The notes under the pieces: generated by a model
What the model was told of the DNA's origin: nothing
Database searches by the model: none
What the model saw: the letters and a program-made list of their open reading frames with translations, nothing else
Translations under genes and position numbers: made by a program
In this document: positions 7,592-14,716 of the stretch, one piece after another
Layout of the letters: each line of letters opens with the position of its first letter
Numbering within the stretch: the first letter of the stretch is position 1
DNA from: Candidatus Hydrogenedentota bacterium
Lineage (GTDB): Bacteria > Hydrogenedentota > Hydrogenedentia > Hydrogenedentales > GCA-2746185
Direction of reading: 5' to 3'
Length of the DNA: 14,716 nt
Assembly: GCA_046583315.1 (NCBI GenBank)
Contig: JAYGCN010000170.1
Coordinates: 1 to 14,716, forward strand

Positions 7592-9759
7592 TAGTTCTCG
7601 CCGTATCGTTCCTTCGCTTCTTGGTGCGTCAGCTCTTCTTCGATGAGCCAGTGTTGGAACCAGGTTTTGATTCGTTGGAGACGATCGACTAGGAGCCAGG
7701 GTTCGCCGCCTCGGGAGAGGCCGTGGGAGGAGCGGGGGTAGCGGACCATTTCGACGGGGACGTGGCGTTTTTTGAGGGAGATGTACCATTGTTCGGCGTC
7801 GGGGATGGGGGTGCGGTAGTCGTTTTCGCTGTGAATGATGAGCGTGGGGGCGACGACGTTTTCGACGTAGCTGAGGGGACTGAGTTCGCGGTAGACGTCC
7901 CGGATTTCCCAGGGTTTCCCGTCGAATTCCCACTCGGTGAGTTGCGGAACGTCTGAGGTTCCGTACCAGCTTTCCCAATTGACGATCATGCGGGACGGGT
8001 TGGCCGCTGCGAATCGGTCTGTGGTGGACGTCAGCCACGCGGTCATGAATCCGCCGTAGGAGCCACCGGAAACGCCGACGCGATCTCCGTCGATATCAGG
8101 ATTGGCTGCAATGGCCGCGTCCACGCCTTTGAGGTAGTCTTCGGAGTCCATGAGCCCCCATTTTTCGCGGGTGGCGTAAGTGAAGGCATGGCCGTAACCC
8201 GTGGAGCCGCGTGGGTTGGTGTACAACACGAAGAATCCGGCTTCGGACAGGACATGAAAGGTGCGGAACCAGACGTTACCGTAGGCTCCGTGCGGTCCGC
8301 CGTGGATCTTGAGGATCATGGGAGCCTTCGTGCCGGGTGTATGATCGCGCGGGGGAATCAGCCAGCCCTCAATTTCGTCTCCGGCGTCCACGGTCCACGT
8401 GAGGCGTTGCACATCAACGAGCACAATGTCTTCGAGCCACTCGTCGTTGAAGTGTGTGAGTTGTGATTCGCCGGAGCCGCTCGTCTTCGCGATGAAAAGG
8501 TCGCTGGGGTGCAACGGATCGGATACTGAGTAGGCCATGTAGCGACCGGCGTCGTCATAGGAAATGGAGCCGAGCATACGGTCGCCGTCCGTGATCTGTT
8601 TGATGTTTCCGCGCAAATCGGATTCGAAAACGTGGCGATTACCGTGGAATGAGGACGACCAGCGGATTTGTTTGTTACCCTTGTGAAAGGAGGGTGCACC
8701 GGGACTGTAGTTCCAGTCCACAGTCAGGTTGGCGGGCGTGTCGTTTGAAAGAGAGCCGTCAGGAGAGATTGACGCTACGAGAATATCGGTTTGTTCTCCG
8801 CGGGCGTTCGTGCGTAACCACGCCAGGCGGGTGCCGTCCTCTGAAATAGTAGGCGCTGCGTCGCTACCGGGATTGCTTGTAATTGTTTTCAGATCTTCGC
8901 CGTCCGTAGAGACCACATACAATTCATTGGTGAGTTCTTCGTTATATTCATCATCCTGGAGGGGATTGCCGCTGAAGAGAATGTGTTTGGAATCACCGGT
9001 CCATCGTGGGCTGGAAACGTCGAAAGCAGATGTGGTGACCTGGGTAGCTTCACCACCGGTCGCTGACACGACGAAAATCTGTTTCTTCTCCTTCGTGCCC
9101 GGATTCGCCAGCATCTTTTGTGTACCGTCGCGTTTGGTGCGCATGGTCGTGTACACGCGGCCATCGAAGCGTTTGGCATCCAGCGTGTCGGTAATGGCCG
9201 TTTCGCTCACCCAACCGTCGCGCTCTTTGGGAGCTTTCGGCTTTTCGTCGTCGTCTTCGTTCGCTTCATCCTCATCCTCGTCGTCTTTTTCGGGTGCCTT
9301 GACATAGGCGATCCACTTTCCGTCCGGCGACCATACGGGCGAGCCTTCAACGCCGTCGATTTGATAGGCTTCGCCACCGGGGGCAGTAACCCGAATGAAC
9401 CATGTTGTGTTTTCTTCCTCGCCGCGTTTGGATTGAAAGGAGAGTAGTTTCCCATCCGGCGACCACTTTGGGCCAGAGGCGTTTACGGTGGGATTTGAAA
9501 AACGATAGGCCTCGCCATCCGCCGCGCCGCGCTTCAGGGGTTGCATCCAGATTTCGTTGCGCCGTTTATTCTTCTCTTCATCAATGGATGCAACGACAAA
9601 GGCCAATAATGAGCCGTCTGGTGATAGTGCCGTGCCCGAAATGGTTTTTTCCTGATAGAAATCAGTGGGGAGAAGACCACGCGGTGCTTCTTCTTCTGCA
9701 ACAGCGACGAAACTAATTAGCAGCGCGAGGAGTGGAACTAGGGAAACGAATGATTTCAT
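7591..9759 (-). CDS. Secreted S9 family (acylaminoacyl/dipeptidyl) peptidase, 722 aa
   Basis: Signal peptide; PD40-like propeller repeats (SPDG, PKWSPDG, PVWSPDG); IHGGPHG, NPRGSTGYG; catalytic GGSYGG, DYRTP and SSHG. Confidence 0.95.
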   Translation of the reverse strand: MKSFVSLVPLLALLISFVAVAEEEAPRGLLPTDFYQEKTISGTALSPDGSLLAFVVASIDEEKNKRRNEIWMQPLKRGAADGEAYRFSNPTVNASGPKWSPDGKLLSFQSKRGEEENTTWFIRVTAPGGEAYQIDGVEGSPVWSPDGKWIAYVKAPEKDDEDEDEANEDDDEKPKAPKERDGWVSETAITDTLDAKRFDGRVYTTMRTKRDGTQKMLANPGTKEKKQIFVVSATGGEATQVTTSAFDVSSPRWTGDSKHILFSGNPLQDDEYNEELTNELYVVSTDGEDLKTITSNPGSDAAPTISEDGTRLAWLRTNARGEQTDILVASISPDGSLSNDTPANLTVDWNYSPGAPSFHKGNKQIRWSSSFHGNRHVFESDLRGNIKQITDGDRMLGSISYDDAGRYMAYSVSDPLHPSDLFIAKTSGSGESQLTHFNDEWLEDIVLVDVQRLTWTVDAGDEIEGWLIPPRDHTPGTKAPMILKIHGGPHGAYGNVWFRTFHVLSEAGFFVLYTNPRGSTGYGHAFTYATREKWGLMDSEDYLKGVDAAIAANPDIDGDRVGVSGGSYGGFMTAWLTSTTDRFAAANPSRMIVNWESWYGTSDVPQLTEWEFDGKPWEIRDVYRELSPLSYVENVVAPTLIIHSENDYRTPIPDAEQWYISLKKRHVPVEMVRYPRSSHGLSRGGEPWLLVDRLQRIKTWFQHWLIEEELTHQEAKERYGEN

Positions 9760-9771
9760 GAGGCACCTGAT

Positions 9772-9813
9772 GGGTTGACGCGATTAAGGTTCGCTCATTC
9801 TATGCGTCAACCC
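9772..9813. promoter_or_regulatory. Inverted repeat (putative operator/promoter) upstream of the S9 peptidase
   Basis: GGGTTGACGC-N22-GCGTCAACCC with perfect 10-bp arms. Each arm contains a TTGACG -35-like hexamer. Confidence 0.45.
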
Positions 9814-9841
9814 GGTGTTATGCAAATCGAGCACGGGAAAC

Positions 9842-9877
9842 AAAAAAGCGAGGCGTGTCTCGCGACACGCCTCGCTT
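9842..9877 (-). terminator. Intrinsic terminator of the radical SAM gene
   Basis: 14-bp stem AAGCGAGGCGTGTC/GACACGCCTCGCTT with a 4-nt loop. The A run at 9842-9847 is the U tract on the minus strand. Confidence 0.88.
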
Positions 9878-9899
9878 CAGAATTGATTCTGATTGTGGA

Positions 9900-11336
9900 T
9901 TAGTACGGACCATTCCCCGTGACGAACATGTAGGTCGCGCGCACGAAGTTGATGGGGCGGATTTTGGTCGGGTACAGGCGGAACCGTGAGCACCATCCAA
10001 CCCAGATCATGCTGATGAAGTTGTAGAGTTTGAGGAGAGGCAGTTTCATCAGGAAGGGTACCAGCGGTTTGAAGACGGGCATCCCCGTGACTGGCCCCAT
10101 TAACGCACGAAGGCGTATGAGTTGGTCGGAGTCTTCAATATCGTAGTTGTTGCCGACTTCGGCGATCGTTGTGCCGCAGCCATCCACGGAACCGTCATAC
10201 AGGCCCAGGCGCTGGGCAATTTCGCCTGCTTCCGTACCCGGGTAAGGCTGGAAGAAAAACGTGCTGGCCAGCGATGGCTTGATTTTGATGTTGAGATCCA
10301 ACGTTTCAAGAGCGGATTCCACTGTTTCTTTCGGGAATCCGACAATATTCGTAGTCTGGAATTTGAGTCCCGCATCGTGCAGCATGTCCGTTTTCTTGAC
10401 GATACTCTCGTTAGTCATATCCCGTCCGAGAATTTCGCGACGCAACTCTTCGTTACCCGATTCCATGCCGATCACGACCGAGTGACAGCCAGCGGCGGCG
10501 AGTTGGCGGGCCATTTCCGGTTTAATGAGTTCGATACGGGTATAGGCTGTCCAGGGGACATCGACGTATTTCGTATAGAGCTGGCGGAACTCTTCGAGCC
10601 AACCGGGACGTACGGGAAAAATATCGTCGACGAATAACAGGTGATCACCACCAAAGTCCGTTACGACGCGTGCGCATTCTTCCACGACATGCGCCGGACT
10701 TCTGAAACGAAACCGTGCACCGAGTCCTTCGTAGGTTTCGAAATATTTTTTGTTGAAGCAGTATTTGCAATCGAAGACGCATCCGCGGCTGGCAATGAAG
10801 TGGGGGACCCGGTGTAATTTGGCGCGGTTGTGCAGCGCGTAATACGTCTCGCGATCAGGGTTGGATACTTCATCGAGATTTTTGATGAGTGGCCGCAAGG
10901 GGTTGTCGTGAATCTCGCCGTTCGAATCTTTTATCCGAAGATTATCAATCTTCGTGTAATCTTGATTGTTCTCCATCGCAGTCACCAGATCGAGAATGGC
11001 ACCTTCGCCCTCGCCCTTGCACACGGCATCGATATCGGGATCGGTCACCATGTCCGGGAAGAAGGTCGGATGGGGGCCACCCATGAGTGAGAAGAAGGGG
11101 CGTGCTTTTTTGAGTCGTGAGTTGAGCGCCATCTGCTCGACGTGTTCACCTGTGGTGCACGTCGTGGCTACGATTTCCGGCTTCCACTTTAAAAGGATTT
11201 CTCGGGCGGGGCCGTAAATATCGGGCGCGAATTTCGTCTCATGACCAGCATCACGTAGAACGCCTGACATGGTCATCATTCCCAGCGGCTCGGCAAAATT
11301 GTAGCGTGCGGTGTTCGTAATGAACAGAATTTTCAT
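9900..11336 (-). CDS. B12-binding-domain radical SAM protein (BchE/class B methyltransferase-like), 478 aa
   Basis: EPLG, GGPHPT and GEGE in the cobalamin-binding domain; SRGCVFDCKYC (CxxxCxxC); FVDDIF, IGMESG, IVGFPKET, FQPYPGT. Confidence 0.93.
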   Translation of the reverse strand: MKILFITNTARYNFAEPLGMMTMSGVLRDAGHETKFAPDIYGPAREILLKWKPEIVATTCTTGEHVEQMALNSRLKKARPFFSLMGGPHPTFFPDMVTDPDIDAVCKGEGEGAILDLVTAMENNQDYTKIDNLRIKDSNGEIHDNPLRPLIKNLDEVSNPDRETYYALHNRAKLHRVPHFIASRGCVFDCKYCFNKKYFETYEGLGARFRFRSPAHVVEECARVVTDFGGDHLLFVDDIFPVRPGWLEEFRQLYTKYVDVPWTAYTRIELIKPEMARQLAAAGCHSVVIGMESGNEELRREILGRDMTNESIVKKTDMLHDAGLKFQTTNIVGFPKETVESALETLDLNIKIKPSLASTFFFQPYPGTEAGEIAQRLGLYDGSVDGCGTTIAEVGNNYDIEDSDQLIRLRALMGPVTGMPVFKPLVPFLMKLPLLKLYNFISMIWVGWCSRFRLYPTKIRPINFVRATYMFVTGNGPY

Positions 11337-11368
11337 CGTTGTACCTCTACTGCGATTTCGGCTCGTTC

Positions 11369-11398
11369 AGTGTTAATGGATAACACTTTACAGTGTCA
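11369..11398. promoter_or_regulatory. Putative operator made of three alternating heptamers upstream of the radical SAM gene
   Basis: AGTGTTA-ATGGA-TAACACT-TTAC-AGTGTCA. Confidence 0.4.
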
Positions 11399-11566
11399 TA
11401 TCATATACGAATTCGACCTGACATGGAAGCATTAAGAAGTTCGCGCCATACTTTGTGACTATATATTTGGAAATGTGTGCTGGTTTCTCGTTGATTTTCG
11501 TTATTTCGATTGAGATCAAGTCGATTTTTCTTTTCCATGTTGTGAAATAGGGCGATTTCCGCTATA

Positions 11567-12485
11567 CCGGAAGGCACATGGCTGTTAGCGGATATCAATC
11601 CGGGGCCTGAGAGTTCGTTTCCGTATCATACGACTGTTTTTGATGGACATGTGGTGTTCTCTGCGGAGCATCCATTGACCGGGCGCGAGGTCTGGGTGAC
11701 TAATGGACGCAAGGATGGTACGCGCATGCTCCTGGATCTGGCGCAGGATGGCCAGAATACCCCGTCGTCTTCTCCCCGGGAAATGACGGCTACTACCAAG
11801 GCACTTTTTTTTTGCAGCTGATGACGTGAAACACGGTATGGAGCTTTGGGCGACGGACGGCACATCGGAGAACACGCGTATGGTTCGCGATATTTTTCCG
11901 GGTCGGGCGAGCTCGGACCCTCAGGAGTTTCTGGCTGTCGGGGAGAAGGTATTTTTTCGGGCGGACAATGGCACATATGGCATGGAACTCTGGATGAGCG
12001 ACGGCACACGCCTGGGTACGAAGATGGTCGAGAATATGGCCGAAGTGGGGGGCAGTGGACCGCGCGAGCTACATCTCCTTAATGGTAAGGTCGTGTTCGT
12101 TGCGTATTCGGAGGCGACTGGCACGGAGATGTGGATTGGTGATCAGAATGGCGCGGACATATTGATGGATATTCGACCGGGATCGGAGGGATCTAATCCG
12201 AGGGATCTTGTGGTATGGGATGGTTGTGTATATTTTACGGCAGACGACGGGAAACATGGCGAGGAACTTTGGGTTTCGACGGGTGATAAGAATGAGACTC
12301 GCATGGTCACTGATATCATCGCGATACCGTTTGAGCAGGCGGGCATTTCGCTGCCGACAGTTTTCCAGGGCAACCTCTATTTTGCACGCGACGATCTTGC
12401 GCACGGGCGCGAACTCTGGCGACTGTCCTTGAAGAATGAAACAGCCGCCATGCTCAAGGATATTGCGCGTATTGAGAGGGATTAG
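11567..12485 (+). pseudogene. ELWxxDGT-repeat (beta-propeller) protein, 5'-truncated and frameshifted
   Basis: 11567-11812 reads PEGTWLLADINPGPESSFP...GREVWVTNG...SSPREMTATTKALFF. One extra T in the T9 run (11805-11813) separates it from AADDVKHGMELWATDGT...ELWMSDGT...ELWVSTG...ELWR. In-frame TGA at 11543-11545 with no ATG/GTG/TTG before the repeat. Confidence 0.8.
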
Positions 12486-12500
12486 TAATCCGTTGAACCT

Positions 12501-13469
12501 TTATTCGGCTTCTTCTTGGGGTAGTTGCGAATTCATGAGGTTTTCGGCCATGGTGAGCCAGTTTTCGATTTCCGCATATTGGGCCTCGGACAGGTATTCA
12601 CCCAGGCGATTGCGCATTTCGGTCATGGCGCGAATTTGGTAGAGGATGTTTTCTGATTGGGTGAAGGGTGTGTTGGATTGTTCGAGCGCGATTTGCTGCG
12701 CGCGAAATTCTTCGATGGCTACTTGCATGACGATTTCGAAGTTTTCGTCTGTCAGTCCGCTTGCGAAGGAGCGAATCTGGGTTCGCAAGGTGCCTTCGAG
12801 TTGGCGTTCGTCTATGGTGGAGGAATATTCGCTCCAGGTGGCGTATTCTTCGTCGGAGAGGAGTGCCCTCAGCTGCTCATCGAGGTAGGCGCGTTCTTCG
12901 CGTGTCCATGAATCAACTTCGCTCCACGGAATTTCCCCGTCGGCCGTGGCGTATTGGCTTAAGGCGATGGTTTCCATGTAACTTTCAGCGAGCAGTGCGC
13001 GGAGTTCGGCTTTGGTATCGGGGTCGAGATCGAGGCCGTTGATGAAGTCGGCATAAATCATTTCGGTCAATGCCTTGATCTGAGCACCGGCGACCGCGTT
13101 CTTCTCGATTTTGGCGCGAATATCTTCGAGCGTCTTTTCGCGTTCTTCTTCCGGAGTCTCTTCCTCGGCCTCTTCCTCCGACTGGTTGATTTGTTCAAGC
13201 AATTTGGCGACCTCAGCCGCTTTGGCTTCGAGCAGTTTCACTTGTTCCTGGGAGACCGCAAGTCGTTCTTCCAGTTCCGTTCGAATCTCCTCCGCTTCCT
13301 CCAATTCCAATTCCCGCGCCGGTTCCGGCGGACCCTCGGGTAGTGCCGCAATTTCTGTAGAGATTGGCGAAACGTCTCCATTCTCATCCGATTCGGCATT
13401 AAGGAATACGAACGCGCCCACGGCAATCAGAGGGCACAAAATGACCGTAGCAATAACCCCTTTATTCAT
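12501..13469 (-). CDS. Hypothetical acidic, helical/coiled-coil protein with an N-terminal membrane anchor, 322 aa
   Basis: Long ORF with MNKGVIATVILCPLIAVGAFVFL anchor and a Glu-rich coiled-coil region. No recognisable catalytic motif. Confidence 0.8.
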   Translation of the reverse strand: MNKGVIATVILCPLIAVGAFVFLNAESDENGDVSPISTEIAALPEGPPEPARELELEEAEEIRTELEERLAVSQEQVKLLEAKAAEVAKLLEQINQSEEEAEEETPEEEREKTLEDIRAKIEKNAVAGAQIKALTEMIYADFINGLDLDPDTKAELRALLAESYMETIALSQYATADGEIPWSEVDSWTREERAYLDEQLRALLSDEEYATWSEYSSTIDERQLEGTLRTQIRSFASGLTDENFEIVMQVAIEEFRAQQIALEQSNTPFTQSENILYQIRAMTEMRNRLGEYLSEAQYAEIENWLTMAENLMNSQLPQEEAE

Positions 13470-13653
13470 GATTTCTCGCTTTCTAGTGTGACAGAGCCAC
13501 GGCCCCGATACACAGTTTCGGTTTCGATTACTTCTAGAGTGTATAGCATAGAGTGTACAGCAGATTTTACGAGTTATTCACGAATTTCCCGAATAAGTCG
13601 TGATTGGGGGTACAGTGACGCCGGATACTTCCCATATCTATCGGCGAGGCTGT

Positions 13654-13919
13654 TGCCGGACGGTATGGAGAGGGCTGCCGGACGGTATGGATGATAGCTA
13701 TCGGGGAAACAATGGGGTTCGGGAATGTACATGTGGTTTGGAGGGTGTGTTTTGGGGAATCTGGGAAACAATAGGGTCTGGGTTGTAAGTTGTGTATATA
13801 ACTTAGTTTATGACTTTAAACTATTTGCAGATATATCCGGATAGCAATTTGGTTGATGCATCAAGTATTTGATGGTTGGGGTGATTGGTTCGGGGTGGGA
13901 GGGTCCTGCCGGACGGTAT
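13654..13919 (+). repeat. Three copies of TGCCGGACGGTAT
   Basis: 13654-13669 and 13676-13691 are identical 16-mers at period 22; the third copy is 13907-13919. Confidence 0.75.
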
Positions 13920-14078
13920 ATTGAACTACAGATCCTCACGCTGAGGCGCGAAGACGCGGAGACGCGGGGAACGCTGAGGTCGGTTTTGTTTAACCGCCAC
14001 GCTGAAGTCGTGGACTTCGTCAAATGAACACGGATGAACACAGATTAACCGCGAACCGCGAAGTGCTTTAACGCAGAG
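13733..14078. repeat. Composite intergenic repeat locus 2, sharing modules with 7243-7591
   Basis: 13733-13853 aligns with the reverse complement of 7366-7476. 13992-14035 matches 7501-7544 (40/44). 14054-14078 matches the reverse complement of 7567-7591 (23/25). Confidence 0.8.
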
Positions 14079-14321
14079 ATAGTGCGTTGAGAAATGTGGT
14101 GGGGTGTATGGGGTTGGGCTTGCGGTGGCGGGGCTGTTGGTGGGAGGAGATTCCCAATCAATTTGGGACTGACACATGCCGGGGAGTTATTGTTGAATCT
14201 GTTGATATTGGTGTAGTGTTACATGAGAATGTGGAAATGCGTGGTCTTAACCCTTATGAGCGGTAGAACGCGGCGGCATTGATTGATCTTTCTTTGGCTG
14301 TGGTGACCGGGAGATAGTATC

Positions 14322-14716
14322 GTGCGGAAATTGTTGGCGATAATTTTTGCGTTGGGCGTTATTGGTCTTGCGGTGGGGTATTTGAACCTTCCGGGGCCTG
14401 AAACTGAGCGGGAGATATCTCGTGAGGAGTCCTTGCCGGAGCCTGCTGAATCTTCTTCGGAAAGTGAATTGCCTTCGCTGGCGTCTGTGAGTCCTGAGCC
14501 TGAAGAGCCTGATGAAGAGGTGGCCAGTGATGAAGAAGCATCGGATGGCAACCCGCAAGAGATACCTGATGCGATGGAGATACTATTTACGGTCACGTTT
14601 CGTGGCACGGTATTGGTTGGGGGGACGGATGAGCCGGTGTCGGGCGCGGAGGTGTACGTTGATGGCCGTGATGAGCGAATCGCGAGCACGACCACGGACG
14701 GGTCTGGAGAGTTCGT
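14322..14716 (+). CDS. 5' part of a membrane-anchored/secreted carboxypeptidase-regulatory-like domain protein; runs off the window
   Basis: GGGAG RBS and GTG at 14322. MRKLLAIIFALGVIGLAVGYL leader, acidic Pro/Glu linker, then FRGTVLVGGTDEPVSGAEVYVDG...STTTDGSGEF. Missing from the ORF track because there is no stop in the window. Confidence 0.85.
   Translation, partial: MRKLLAIIFALGVIGLAVGYLNLPGPETEREISREESLPEPAESSSESELPSLASVSPEPEEPDEEVASDEEASDGNPQEIPDAMEILFTVTFRGTVLVGGTDEPVSGAEVYVDGRDERIASTTTDGSGEF

Noticed and set aside
7591..11336. RiPP cluster (B12 radical SAM plus S9 peptidase)
   Set aside because: A strong terminator separates the genes, the peptidase is secreted, and no precursor peptide or transporter is visible.
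13654..13780. CRISPR array
   Set aside because: Repeats are only 13-16 nt, in two or three copies with irregular or very short spacers, and there are no cas genes.
13786..13822. dif (XerCD) site
   Set aside because: Lacks the 11-6-11 layout and a convincing TTATGTTAAAT XerD arm.
14219..14695. Minus-strand ORFs here and the many overlapping ORFs inside the long genes (e.g. 2763-3440, 6705-7373, 8729-9307)
   Set aside because: They are shadow frames of well-supported genes on another strand or frame and carry no motifs of their own.

Overview
This is a bacterial chromosomal window of mostly unrelated single genes. The gene mix (CarboxypepD_reg-type proteins, ELWxxDGT repeats, B12 radical SAM) tentatively suggests Hydrogenedentota or a similar group. 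In order: the 3' end of a large secreted-type protein; a tRNA-Gly(GCC)/tRNA-Lys(CTT) operon; two small genes (a 55-aa membrane protein and a Flp pilin missed by the ORF track), each followed by a copy or relic of the tRNA-Lys 3' end; a membrane spermidine-synthase-like protein; a back-to-back junction of two 5'-truncated genes; a CMD-family protein with a Tat-like leader; an amidohydrolase; an S9 peptidase; a B12 radical SAM enzyme; a truncated, frameshifted ELWxxDGT gene; an acidic membrane-anchored protein; and the start of a CarboxypepD_reg-type gene. The most unusual signals are non-coding: (i) two intergenic regions about 6.3 kb apart built from the same three modules in shuffled orientation, and (ii) an apparent tandem micro-island array at tRNA-Lys. 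No integrase, transposase or CRISPR array is present. All calls are from manual reading; no searches were run.
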